From: Bilabrum cf. latius
Lineage: Eukaryota
Assembly: GCA_965178125.1 (NCBI GenBank)
Contig: OZ237747.1
Coordinates: forward strand, 372,001-436,000
DNA length: 64,000 bases
Direction of reading: 5' to 3'
This document shows, one piece after another, positions 23,975-37,073 of the stretch. The notes beneath the pieces are model-generated. The model was not told where the DNA came from, made no database searches, and saw only the letters and a list, made by a program, of their open reading frames with translations. A program made the position numbers and the translations under genes. Each line of letters opens with the position of its first letter. Position 1 is the stretch's first letter.

Positions 23975-26900
23975 TTAGTTATGATTATAGGGCCACCTGC
24001 CGTCCGGGCTCCGCCCAGCATGCGGCAGGTGCGACCGGCGGTCTAGGCCGCGCCAATCGCTGGCCACACCTCCACCGGCACTGGAACCACCCGGGCGGTC
24101 ACGGCCCAGCGCACGCCGCGCTTCACGCAGCCGCCCAACACCGTCCACGCCCGGATCCGCTGCCGCGCCGCGGCCCGCCCCAGCAGCGCCAATGGACGAG
24201 GGCCCAGTCCTTGACCCCGGCAGGGCCTAGCTTGGTCGTGCGGCCGAAGCACCCGAATATCTGCTATCCGCTACGATCCGAGCACCAGTCACAGCTCCAG
24301 TCGTTCTGCGAGCTCCTGCTGCCTAGGTACGGCCAGCGGAGCCGGAGGCCCCTCTGTATGCCACGCCCCCGCCGATCCCACTTGCGCCCGTCGCTCCCCC
24401 ATGGTGTCCCCCGGCATGGACAGTTCCTGCCCCCGTGCCACCCTACCCATGACTCGCTGGCGAACGGGCAGAGCTCCCAGCGCCCCCAAGGCGAGAGCTT
24501 CTGCTACCCGATGGGCTGTGACCAGTGGCCCTGATGGGGCCGCCTGGCCCGGCGTGTCCGCCGCTGGGACCAGCCCAGGCACTGCCACCCGGCGAGCGAC
24601 CCGGTGACCCGGCCAGCGCGCCACCGGAAGCGCCCAGCTGAGTATCCATGGCATAAGTTCTGGACGGCAGACCAGCTGCGTGCCGATTGTCAACGCCGTG
24701 CTGACCCACGCGGCTGCTGCTACTGCTGCTGCTTGAACTACTGCCGGCACCGTGCCGGCCAAGGCCCGCGCCCCCAAGCCCACCAACTATCCCAGTGCCC
24801 GTACCATGCCCACTAACTATCCCAGTGCCCTTGCCATGCCTACCAAATGCCCCTTCCCGTCCTCGCCCACCACCCGCGTCTACCTGCTCTGACAGCTGCC
24901 TAGCGAGGGCCTCGCTCTTTGCCTCCTCTTTCGCCCGCTCATCGGCCTTCTTTCGAGCCTCCTCGTCCTCGCGCTGTAGCTCGGCCAGCAGCCGCGCAGT
25001 TGCCTCGTCTACAGGCTCGCCAGCACCAGCACCGGCACCAGCACCAGCACCGGCACCATCACAAGCACCAGCACCAGCACCTGCTGTGCCATGTGCGGAA
25101 CCTGAGATACCACCGCTCCCACTACCATTGCTGCTGCCACCCCCCGTAGCCTAGCCCGCAGCGGCAGGGGGCAGTGAAGGAGGTTTCACAGGCCTCGGCT
25201 CGGGCCAGGGCGTGTGGGCGTACCTAACCTGTCGATACAACCGGAGGCTGTTCATCCGTTCGAGCTGCCTAGCAAACTAGCGCCTGGCCTCGGACATCCT
25301 ATACGCTTTCCAGAGGGGGTAGTGTTCTGGCCCAACCGGATCGAGTTCAAACTTGCGTTGGAAGAGCAGCTCTGTGGGCACCATCCTTCCGTCCAGGCAC
25401 TTTCGCTCCACCTCGCGCCAGTACAGCGGGCCGCGGATCACCCCATCGTCGAACTGCATCCACCCGCGCTTCTCCGGGTTGTACGCATAGAAGATGTAGT
25501 GGTTCAGGCCAAAGCAGATCATGCCTGAAAGCCAGTATCTGCCAAACACATAGCCATCTGGACCGAAGCGGGACTCCTGACCGGGCTGCACTCTGAGTGT
25601 GGGCCACATCTTATGAGGACGAATGGTGCTGCTGCACCCGTCACCGCGTCCACCCAGCAGCCTCAGCAGCTTGGTCAAAGATCGTGTGCTGATGTTCCTT
25701 CGGGGCAGCACGATCTGCATCAGCAGCGCCTTGGGATTAGAGTCCAGCTCCCTGCGGCACCATGCTGGTGGAGGGGGCGGCCCGTCCTTGGACCCACTCT
25801 CGCCGGGGCCCGTCTTGCCGTCCTTCGTCTCCGTCTCATGTTGTCCTGCTGCTCGACTGGGGTCTGCTTTGCCAAAGTCCGCCCCTGCATCCGCTGCTGC
25901 CGCATGCACCGGCGGCGCTGGGCTTGCAGAAGCATCGGCCAGTCCCTCCTGCACTGTCCCATCGTCGTCATCCTCAGCGTGATTCGATGACATTGTTGCG
26001 GATGGTGCGCGGGGGGCCGGTGATGGCGCCGTAGTCAGTACCTGCCTCTACCTCGGAATCAGGTCAATTCCGTACGATAGTCTTGGCTTGGCGCATATTT
26101 GGTTCCGGCAGATCGTGCGCGCGTATCCGTAGCTTCCCTTGGTAGTCACCTGCCCGCACGCCGTACACCTCCAATCGCAGTTCCTGTACTTGAAACTGGA
26201 CTCCCAGTAGCACTTGCTTGGCTCCTCCTCGATCACAGTCTCGAACCGCGGGGCAGAGTCCGCGATCACACCAGTATCAGCACCAGTCCTACTACCTGTG
26301 GGCAACGAAGAAGTGCCACGAGGATGCGATCCGTCTCCAACGAAAGCACCAGCGCCAGCACTAGCCCCGGCACGACTACCAGCGCCAGCACCGGCACCGA
26401 CAGTGCTACTGCTGCTGCCTGCCGCAGCGCCGCTCCCACCCGAAGCAGCACCCCCGGAGGCTTGCGTCTCGCCCGCCTCGGAAATTGTCTTGGCAGCCTC
26501 CCAGGGAGACCTCGGCATGACACCATCTTCAGACAACAGGAACAGAATTCCGCGCTGCATATCGTCTTCCGATGCCTGGCCGTGCACAGCGAACGCGATG
26601 GCTTCCTCGAGCGGAGTGAGGCCCGGGACATGCCAAGGCCTCCCGGCTCCGTGCTTGGCACTGTCATACGATAAAAACATGCATGCATCGACGTTCAGTG
26701 TAAATCCCCACTCGTATGCATCCTTCTTGTACTCTTGGAGACCTACAGAGCGAATTTTCTTGTCGCATTCATCGGTCAGCTCCCACGTGATTCCAGTCCG
26801 TGTTCGCACTGGGGCTGCCTTGTAGTCATACAGCCCCCATTTTAGTCCAAACGACACAAACGTGGGATCCTCGGCTGACGAAGGGACGTCTACAGTGTGC

Positions 26901-27392
26901 ATGTCGTACAGCTTGAGAAGGTCCTCCCCGTCCATGCCAACCGTGACTCCCTTCTAGCGCTCTTTGTCTCGAGCTTTTGCGGCGACAACATTCTGCTCAA
27001 AAAGCAAATGCAGAACCTTATCGAGGGCTTCGCTTGGGTCCCCTTCCGTGTCTGCAAGAAGAGTCTCGGCGGCAAGAACAGCGCAGTTGCAGAACGAGCC
27101 AAGAACCATGAGAAGTGGCCACTGAACACTTACCCGGCATGAATGCGGTAGGGAAAATGCTACCAAGAGTATCTCTCAGCATGCTTGCATCGGCTTGAGT
27201 CGTGCACATGTAGCCGAATATTTCGCGGATCTACTCTGCGATGTCCAAGCCATCGTAGACGGCCCATGTCCTGCAATCCAGCAGGAGTTTACGGAATTTT
27301 TCGCAGTGGAACAGAAGCTGTAGGGCAGAATTCACATAGCATAAGTTCTACCCAGTGCCGTTGCGCAATGATCCAGCAGGACGACTGCTCAT
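23975..27392 (-). CDS. Uncharacterised protein with a RanBP2-like zinc finger, a USP53/54-like peptidase His-box segment and a Gly/Ala-rich tail (start uncertain)
   Basis: WRCTACG..ICRNQIC and YWLSGMICFGLNHYIFYAY..WMQFDDGVI..W..V...C. ORFs 26954, 26048, 25277 and 24443 share one frame, joined by TAG, to TAA at 23975. 5' exons inferred from splice signals. Confidence 0.6.
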
Positions 27393-27588
27393 GCCGTCCA
27401 ACTGGCCAATCCCCACAGCGGTTGACTGACCATTTATAGCGTGTGGTTATGACATCCAGTTGTGTGACGAGCAAAGCTTGCTCGAGGTTCAGATGGCTCC
27501 GTATCGTTACTACTACTCGCTTAGTCAATATTCTGTAGCTATTCTGGGGAACTAATTTGTAATCAACGACCACTGGCCGGCTGGTTAC

Positions 27589-29325
27589 ATGGGGTGCGGC
27601 GCTAGTTCCCAATGTGAGTCCGATCGATGTTTCCGTTTTTACTCTTTGGTTCTATTTCTGCAGAACTTGGGAGCTTTGTCGGGAATGTTTTGGGTCTTCT
27701 GTGCATGAATTAGTAGGTGGATTAGTTTGCTTTGCCATGACAGGAAGATCAGGCCTGTGGTTCAAGCTGTGCTCCAATGTAGAGTATACCCCCTGAAGGG
27801 TCGCGACTTCTTCGCCGAGGGCAGTGAACGCTGGTCGAGTTGAGACTCACTAGTGATCTTAGTTCTCATGAAATAACTGCAGTCAGCTTTATTTGCCTTG
27901 TTGCACCTATGCACTCTGCACCAATTGTCCGCAGCGCCGGATGGGACTGACAGGAAGGATTCAGCCTAGGTTGTCCCAGTAGGATCTAAACCACGAGCGC
28001 AGCAAGTAACATTGTCAGAGCAAGCGGGAGATTCTCCTGGTACGACCGCAGAGAGCAAAACAGCGGCTGGCTCTGCGGGCGAGGGGCCAGCAGGCAGTCC
28101 CGGCCCGAACCGGAGGCTTTCCCTGGCCGGTGGGATTGCGCCAGCCAAGACAATCTCGCAAGCAGACGACGCCAAGCGCAGGCGACTGTCGGTCGCGACC
28201 ATTCCGAGCCAGTACGCCAGGCAGGTGGTGGAAGACAATCGGCAGGAGGGCATGGATCCCAAGACACCCGTGCGGGGGCCAGACGGGGGCCGGAAGGCCG
28301 TGCAGCTGCCCGTGGTCTGGGGCCAGTACTCGCGCCCAGGGAACGATCCCATGAAGCGAACCAAGGAAAACCAGGACAGCTTCATCGTGGTTGACGCCTA
28401 CGCGAACGTGAGCGACCAGATGCTCTTCTCGGTGTGCGACGGACACGGGCCCATGGGGGCCCACGCGAGCGCATTCGTCACGCGCCACCTCCCCGCCTCC
28501 TGGGATACCGAGCTGCTGGCCAAGCAGCCGTTCCTTGCGATGAACCAGGGCTGCCTGAAAACCAACCAGCAGCTCTCGGTGAGCGGAATCGACGTGTACG
28601 TCAGCGGAACGACCTGCATCGCCAGCTACCTCAAGGGGAACGTGCTGCACGTGGCCAACGTGGGGGACTCGAGGGCGGTGCTGGGCCGCATGGAGGCGGG
28701 GGGCACCATCCGGGCCATCGACCTGAGCCACGACCAGAAGCCGGACAGGCCCGACGAGATGGCTCGGATCGTCTCGTCGGGTGGACGGGTGTTCGAGTGG
28801 GGCGTGCCTCGGGTTTGGCTCAAGGATGCAGACATGCCCGGCCTGGCCATGGCCAGGTCTTTCGGGGACCTCGCCGCGGAGACCGTCGGCGTGTATGCCG
28901 AGCCTGAGCTGGCCCGCGTGGAGCTTGGCGAGCAGGACAAGTTCGCGATCTGGGCCTCTGACGGGATCTGGGAATTCATCAGCAGCCAGGAGGCCGTGGA
29001 CATAGTGGCGGAGCGCGGGTCTCTGGGCCCCCAGGCCTGCTGCGACGCTCTCGTCAAGGAGAGCACGCGGCGGTGGAACCAAGAAGAGGACGTGGTGGAC
29101 GACACGACGGTGATCGTGGCCTTTTTTGCGTTTGGAACCACTGCATCTGCGAGAAGCTCGCGGAAACCCCCGGTGAGGCGGGCAGGCAGCCAGCGCGCGT
29201 TCATGGATGAGAACGACACGAGCGGAGCGCCCGAGCGAGGCAGCACATCCGGCGAGCAGATGGCGATGCAGAGCATAGGGTCGGACGAGGAAGAGAGATA
29301 GGCAGGCGGGGGCGCCCAAGAGTGA
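27589..29325 (+). CDS. PP2C (PPM-family) protein phosphatase with N-terminal MGCGASS acylation motif
   Basis: Motifs NQDS, VCDGHG, SGTT, ANVGDSRA, DQKPD..DE..RI, GLAMARSFGD, ASDGIWE and DDTTV. Exon 1 27589..27613 (GTGAGT donor) spliced to 27935. TAG at 29299 is followed by 7 codons and then TGA. Confidence 0.88.
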
Positions 29326-29525
29326 GCCAGGGCACACCCCCACCCCGAGCAGCGGCAGTCCTCGAATGGGCAGGAGGTAGCAGGGGACGGCAGCGATGCC
29401 CTCCCCTTCCATCCTATGGATTAAACGAGATTTGTGTTTGTTTCTACTTGGAATGCAACCTAGCACTCTATCGCCCAAGCAGCACCCGGGTGCGGTACTC
29501 ACGATGCTCATCATCACGCAGCCGA

Positions 29526-32363
29526 TCATCCCCGGTGTCGTCGCCTGCGCGCACCGCCGCCGGCCCCGTCCCCACCCCTGCTGCCCCCGTCCCGCGAGGA
29601 CCCGCTCCCCCGCAGCGCCCCTCTCTCCCGCTCCTGCAAGGCCCTGGCTTTGGCTCGGTCCAGCTCGTGCATGTCCACGCTGCCTCTCCTCCTGCGCTCC
29701 CTCGCGGCCTGCGCCATCACCTCAGCCTGCAGCGCGGCGAGACCATCCGCGGCACCGGTGGCACCGGCACCGGCACCGGCGGTGGACTTCAAAGACCCCG
29801 CGCCCGCCCCTCCCGCCGCCACCCTCCGGATCCCGTCCGCCTGCCGGTCCCACTTGTCCGCCTGGCTCCTGCGCATGGCCTTGAGTGCCTCGAGCTCCAT
29901 GGTGACCTTGCGCTCCATGCCCTTCAGCCGCTCCCGCCGGTCGGGATCTGCGCTGCCGACGACCCCTCCACTGCCCCGCCGGCCGGTGCTCGCTCTCCGC
30001 GAGGATGGCCTGTTTCGGCTCTTCGGCACCGTGGCTGTTCCCCGAGCCCTGCCTTCGTCCCCAGAGGCCGAGGTGGCAGGCGACTGCAGCGCCGCCTCCT
30101 GCTTGCGCTCGCCCTCTGCCCCCCTGCCGCGCCTTCTCCTGCGGTGGTTGGCAGCCCGTCTGATGTTCAGGCTCTCCGCCGCCTCGTCCTCGTCGTCCAC
30201 GGCCGGGCTGCCGCTGCTTGTTGTGCCGGTGTCCGAGTCCACCGATACCCCTCGTCTGCTCTGTGTCGGCCTGCCTGTCCTTGTCCTGCCCGTCGCAGAT
30301 CCCCGCCTATCGGGACCTCCCCGCTGCACAGCCGACCCCCTCCTTGCTGGGCCTGCAGCACCTCCGCGACTACCACCGCCTCTGCCTGTGCCTCTGCTCT
30401 AGTCCTCCCCGAAGGCGAGCGTGGCAGTCGGGGAGCCGAACCCATCACCCCCGGGGACCCCCGGCACCTTGGGGGTGAATGACCCCATCATGGGGGGTGA
30501 CCCAGACCCCTTGCCGCTGTGGCCAGAGGCAGACCGGCCGTGGCTCCTGGTCTTGGGCGACGGGGGGCACGGCAGCTCGCCCTCCGCCGCGAGGTGCTCG
30601 TGGATTCGCTGGGCCACGTCCCAGGACGCCGACTGCCCCATGCAGAAGGCGTGCCCGTGCCCCACCGGGTCGATCAGAACCTGCGCCTTGGGCAGCGCCT
30701 GCATGATGATCTCCGGCTCCTTGGGGCGATTCCACTGGTCGCCCACCCCCATGAACATGAGGGTGCGGTCCTCGAAGGCGGAGTACCTTGGCGCGTCCAT
30801 TGCCTGGAGCTCCTTCATCTCGTGCCAGGCCAGGGTCAGAGCGTTCTGAGGGACCCTTCTGTGGAGGAGGGCGCGCATGGCCGCCATGCCCTCTGCAGAA
30901 GGGTCCGCGTACCCGGCCTGCTTGAGGTAGAACAGGGCCAGAGCGTCCAGCAGCATCGGGGGGACGATCGACAGCAGCGATGCGGCGCACCCGTGCGCCT
31001 GCCTGTACCACGTCATGGTGGGGAACAGCCTCACGCCGTTGGGAGTCTCCCCGATGTGCTCCACGGTGGGATACAGACCCACCACCCGACCGACCGACTC
31101 CTCACCCACCGCCCTCGCGCACTCCTGCGCCATGTGCGCCCCGATGGAGTGCCCGCACAGCACCAGGCGGGCCCTCGGCTCGGCGCGCAGCAGCTGGCGC
31201 AGGTACAGAACCTTGTGCCTGATCTACGCTTTGAGGTCCAGCCGCGCGCACAGTGGCTCCGAGGTCCCTGCCACGGCCCTGTCCGGCCCAACGCCGCGCC
31301 TGCCTCGCGAGAGGAAGGGCAGCCAGCTCTGCAGGCCCGTTTCGCCATCAAAGCCGTTTCGTATCATGCCGGTGGACGCTCCGACCCTGTAGGCCACCCG
31401 CATGGTGACCCGCACCGCGGGCCGCAGCACCCGCTCCGTCAGCCAAGACTTCCACCCCACGACAGAGCCCCGTGCGCGTCCCCCGGTCTTGCCCGAGGAC
31501 TTGCTGCCCCCCTTGCCCCGGTCCGGAGTGTCCAGGGATGGAGACTGCCCCGGGGTCTGCTATCCAGAGGATGAGCCGAAGACGGCCCGCAGCGGTGTGA
31601 GCAGCGCAGCTGCCACGGACTCTCCGACGGTGGCGCTCGCGGCCGATCCCTTGCCGCTGCCCCCGCTGGGGGGCTCGTCCGTGTCCATCCCGTACATGGC
31701 CTGAGAGGCCTCGCTACTGACCCCTTCTCCGTGCAGCGCATCTGCGGGAGGGTGCCTGTCCAGCCCGATGGCCGCCATGCACGAGGCCGCCGTCTCGTCC
31801 GCGTCCGCCAGGTCCTCAGCCATGCAGCTCGCCGACGTGTGGCCGACGTAACCGACGCAGTGGACGTGCACCGCCTCCCCACATAAGAGCCATAGGCGAC
31901 GGGTGAAATCGGCGTAGAAGTGCGGCGCACCAGGATTGCCAGGGATCACGACGACGTGCACGGGATCGACACGTCGAGACCTGGAAGTCTTCGCTGACCT
32001 TGCTACGAGGACCTCCGTTGGCCTGCCCCCCACGTCTACAAGTTCAACATGAGGTCCGTGGACTTCGGCTTCTGGCTTACGCTAGCCTTGAACCCATGCA
32101 CGGGAGATAGGCCATACCTAGGGGTCGCGAAGCATGCGACCGCGCGTGCAATCCCAGGCGCATGAAAGCAACTCTACCGCAACCCGGAGCGGCAGCAGCA
32201 ACACATCAACCAGAGACGCGACAATGTAAACGATAAAGGACACTGGGACGTGAATCATGGTGTTCAAAACCGTCTCGTCGAGGAACCCGTACCCGAATTT
32301 GAGCGAGCGAGGATTGGTGGGTTGGTCCTTAGCTTTGGAGCCCGACGGCCCATCCGCTGACAT
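29526..32363 (-). CDS. LDAH: Lipid droplet-associated hydrolase (LDAH/DUF2305 family) with low-complexity insertions and C-terminal extension
   Basis: Motifs VIPGNPG..FY..F, L..*I.HK, CGHSIGA and LYPTVEHI..TPNG. ORFs 32118, 31560, 31224, 30399 and 29526 share one frame, joined by TAG. Ends in TGA. Confidence 0.82.
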
Positions 32364-32537
32364 TCTGTTAGCAAGTGCGGAAGAAATGAATTACTACTTG
32401 ATGAGAAGAACGCCGCGCAGTCGTCAATGCAAAAATCGGTTTGCGTACATGTGAGCGAAGCTTCGATTTCCGAGCAGCGAACCTGAACCGGGACTAAGCG
32501 CCCGAACTGATAGACACAAAACAATCGCATTCAAACG

Positions 32538-33395
32538 TTAGGATGGAGCGACATCCATTGATTCAACCGCATCGGTGCCCGCTGTAGTCGCCCCTTTCAC
32601 CACAGCGCTGCTCTCAGCACCACCACCGGCAAGGACGGTACGCCCGGGGGCCTCACCCGCAGCTCCATCAGCTACCGAGGAAGGCATGTCTGACTTGAAC
32701 CTTCCAGTTGAGAACTCTACCCCGTCGGTAGCTCGGCCCTATCCACCGATGAGGGCGCCAGCAAGAGACGGTGCGGCTGCGGTAGCAGGGAGATCCGTCG
32801 GCGCCGCCCCCGCGCGCCTCCGGTTGTCCCAGCTCTGCTTCTGCTCTTCAGCGATTCGGTGCAACTTTGAGAATGTTTCAGTGCCTTCCTCTGTCTTCCG
32901 CTTCATAATCTCGCGCCAGCCAGATGCCTGGTGCTCCGCGACGGCCTCGTGGGCCAGCGCTCGCTCGTCCTGCGCCCGTCGCGCCATCAGAGTAGCGCAG
33001 CCCAGCCGCCGGTGCCTACGAGCCAGTTCTAGCGCAGTGTATCCACCATTATCTTTCACAGACGGGTCGGCCCCGGCACGAAGCAGGGCTTGCACCGCCG
33101 ACTCTCGCCCGGACCAAGCAGCTTCGTGCAGCGGCGTGTAGCCTGACAGCCGCTGCTTTGTGAAGTCGGCCCCGCTCGCAACAAGATGCTGAACAATCTA
33201 TCTGCTTGAATTCAGTACGGCCAGATGCAATGGTGTCGACCCGTTCTTTGTTTGGGCATCGAGCAGTTGGGGATGATCACGAACAAGGCGAACCACTAGC
33301 CCCACGTCATTCCGAAGTACTGCCTCATGCAGCGCAGTGCCCCCTGCCAGCCTGATATCTTCATGTACATCCAAGTAGTCCATTGAAGCTTCCAT
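32538..33395 (-). CDS. Ankyrin-repeat protein
   Basis: Motifs GTALHEAV, GSTPLHLAV, GYTPLHEAA and GYTALELA. TAG at 33198 (inside a repeat) and 32739. Ends in TAA. Confidence 0.85.
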
Positions 33396-33526
33396 ACTGG
33401 AAAATGCAAGGGGAGTCGCTGCTAGGCTACGGAACCGACGCCGGCGGCCCGGCCACGCGGCGCCTTCCTGTTGCCAAGAAAACTTCGGATCAATTTTGCA
33501 AGTGTAGTTGACAACCTGCGGCTGTA

Positions 33527-36500
33527 ATGGCTGCACGCTTGTGCATAACTGCAATTATGGCAACCTGGGCTGCCACCCGATGGTACTCTTCAGTATCATC
33601 GGGTGGCAAGGTCCGCGGTACAACTAGTAGTAGCCGTGACGTGTCCGCTTCAAGACTTGGCAAGAATTCTCAAGGCCTCTCTGCGCACGACCTTGGGCTG
33701 AAGGATTTGCTTAGTGTGGTTATTAAGGCAGACAAAGACCAGTAGCAGTCACCGGCAATTTTATACGATTCAGGGACAGTTTGGTACGCTGCTGCAGCAT
33801 CACCTCTTTCTAGGGGGTTTCTTGACAGAAGATTATCGCGGCATGATCTACCAAAGCAACATCAATCAGCAACTTCAATCCAAAGTTATGGAAGCACGCA
33901 TCCTGGGTCGTCGCCAAGCTCCTCTGGCTTCCTCCCGGATAATACGTGGGTGGATTGCGCACAACCAGGAAGAAAACAGGCTTTCGAATTGAAGACAAAC
34001 GTAGACCAGCTTCAGACTAGCTTCATTAGAACAGCCGACATGGCTGCAGCGTGCAGAGTGGCGAAGTAGGGCGGATCCGGCGAGCCTGGCCCACCAATGT
34101 CGACGCCTGCGTCGGTGCCAGTGGCCGTAAACCCACTGGCTGCCCTTGGGGATTCACTCCATCGAAGCAATGCAGCTATACCGGATAGCGTACTGTGGGA
34201 TAACGAGCAGGAGAGTGGCCTCCACGAGAGGCACGACAACGCAACCGCCACCCCCCGCGGGTCCTCCCGAGCTGCGCACATGGCGCAGTGGGTCTTTGGC
34301 AGCCCTGACGCCGAAACCATGAGCTGTCTGCAGGATGTCAAAGCGAAGTACAAGTGCGATGCAATCGGCTGTGACGACCAGGTGCAGGGGTTCGTCAATT
34401 ACCTGGCCACGCACGAGTGCACGCTTGGCGGCGCAAGCCTGCAGTGGATTTCGTGGGTCTTCATGATCACATGGCTTCTGTATTTGCTTTACTTTTTAGG
34501 CGATACGGCGGACGAGTTCTTCTGCCCCGTGCTGGACCAGATCGTGATCGTCACTCACATGTCCCCCAACCTCGCGGGAGTCACCTTCCTGTCTTTGGGC
34601 AACGGAGCGCCCGACGCGGCTGCCTCCATCGCCGCCACTCTATCGGGGCAGCTGGACGTGGGCGTGAGCGCAGTGCTCGGTGCTGGTGTGTTCGTGACCA
34701 CGGTGGTGATTGCAATTGTCATACTGCAGGGCGAGGTGACCCTCAACCGGCGGCCCTTCCTGCGGGACACCATCTTCTGCCTGGTGTGCACTCTCTACTT
34801 GCTGGTCTGTTTCGCCGACCAAAAGGTTCGACTGGGCGAGGCGCTCGGGTTTTTGGGGATCTATATCGTGTTTGGTGCCGTGGTGGTGATTGGCCGTCAA
34901 GTGTACTAGGGCAGCAAGCAGCACGCAGACGGCGGACTGGAGGCACCGGCCATGGCGAGACTTGCAGGCGAAGGCGAAGTTGGAGTTGGAGACTAGACCA
35001 AAGCTGCCGCCCCGTGGCAAGCCACAGTAGCGGGTCTGCTCGTTCCCCTGGAAGCTAGTGGGGCCGCTGCACCGCGAGGCCCAGCGCGCAGCCGTGCCCT
35101 CTCGGACGAATGGATGGCCTCCGAACGAAAGACTGAGGTTGTTGCCCGCTTGCACCAAGCCGTTGAGGACCGCACGCTGGGACGTGGGCATGACGCGCGG
35201 CTAGACAGCAGCACTGGGAGCATGCGAGTGGGTACGAGGAGCCCCTTGCTTGCATAGGACAGCCTGTTAGGAGAAGCCGAGATGCAGATTGCGGGCGCAG
35301 GCGCTTTCGCTGACGACCCGGCAACGAATGCCACTGACCGGACACCAGACGCGGCTACAAGGATCCGCAGTGGAAGCATGGTAGAGCGGGGTGACGGCTC
35401 GAACGTACACGGTGCGGTTTCTTCTGCCATGTTTGGCCACCACGAGGCGCCCCGGGCCCATCTCGCCAGCCATGGGTCGGACGGCTACCACGGCCCCGAA
35501 GGCTATTTCCGCGCGCATGGTCGGCGCGCGCGCATGTGGATGCGATTCATCGTGGACCGGGACAGCGGCGCCATCGAGTACTCGCGCCAGGCCCGCTCCA
35601 GGATCGCGCAGAGGAGGAGCGAGCGGCCAGCTGCAGCCAGCGTGAACCTGGAGCTCTCCAAAAACCCTCCTTCGAGCCATACTGGGGCCCCGCTGCTTCC
35701 AGCTGCAGCTCCCGTAGAGTCTCTGGCTCAGGATAAGGCCGACATAGACGAGAACGAAGGCTTTTGCAATGTCATTTGTGGAGAGGATACGGTGCTAGGC
35801 AAGGTGCTGTTCGTGATCTTGTTCCCCAGCAATCTGCTCAGGCAGATCACCGTGCCCTTGCTGGACGAAGACAACTACGACTACCGCTTCGTGGCCCTGA
35901 CATCGCTCTTTGGGCTGCCTTTCATGGCTGCCGTGAGCTTCCAGACCGTAGGTGTGCACCTGCACAGGCTCGTGGAGCCTATCCTGCCGGGTGCACCTGC
36001 GGGGCTGTGCATGCTGCTAGTGCTCGGGCTCACTGGCCTAACCAAGAGCGTGGTTATGTTCTTTACGCTGCCGAGGAAGGAAGTCCCCTAGAGTGCCTGG
36101 GTGGTCGTGCCTCTCCTCATCTTTGGGTTCCTAACGAGCGTAAGCTGGATCATCTTGGTCGCAAACGAGATTGTGGGGCTGCTGGAGGTTCTCGGCCTGC
36201 TGCTCAAGGTGCCGACCAGCGTGCTGGGGCTCACCGTGCTGGCCTGGGGCAACTCGCTGGGCGACCTGATCGCAGACATGACCGTGGCCAAGGAGGGCAA
36301 GCCGGACATGGCCATCGCGGGTGCCATCGCAGGACCCGCTTTCAACGTTGTGGTCGGGCTCGGGCTGAGCCTGATCATTGGCGTGACAGACCGAATGGCT
36401 CAGCACGCCGAAGATCCGTCGATCAAGCCGTACATCGACCTGACGAACCCCGACAACACGACCCCGCTGCCCCAGGCGCAGATTCGGGTCGTGTGGACCC

Positions 36501-36670
36501 TTTTCGGTTTCTTCATCCTCAGCCTCATATCTCTCCTCCTCGTGGTGCCGCTGTCCAGTGACTCATCCTCCGGCAAGTACACCATGCCGAAGTGGTTCGC
36601 TTGGTACCAGCTTGGCTGCTACGCCGCCTTCATGGTGCTCGCATGCACCTTCACCTTCGTGGAATTCTGA
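33527..36670 (+). CDS. Cation/Ca2+ exchanger (CCX/NCLX-like, CaCA superfamily)
   Basis: Alpha-1 repeat AGVTFLSLGNGAPD and alpha-2 repeat LGLTVLAWGNSLGD, with multiple TM helices. Single frame from ATG 33527 with TAGs including 33743, 34067, 34907 and 36089. Ends in TGA. Confidence 0.9.
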
Positions 36671-37073
36671 GGGTGCAGCGAGCTGGTGCCCCTCGACCAA
36701 GAGCTGAGGGATGGCCGCACGCACACCCGCGTTCGTTTGTATGCGGCCCTACATTTGTACAGAAATTTATTTCGCCGAGCCGGTCTTGCCAGGTGGCAAT
36801 GCCGGGAACCTGCTGCTGCGGGTGGCGCGCCTCGAGGAGGGATGCGTGCTGCTCGGTCAGTTAAGCGGCCTTAGTGGAATTTCATTCCAATAGGGCTTGG
36901 AGCGGATATTCGTGCGTACGTTGCAGGCATACTTGTCAACGTCTAATTGTGTCACCATCATGCAAATAAGCAGCCACAAGTTGTGGCCCACAACACCACC
37001 AATCGGCAGGCGAACCTTCGCATCGAACCTGCTTGTTCCCGATCTCTGGGCTCGACATTTTCAGACGCATACC

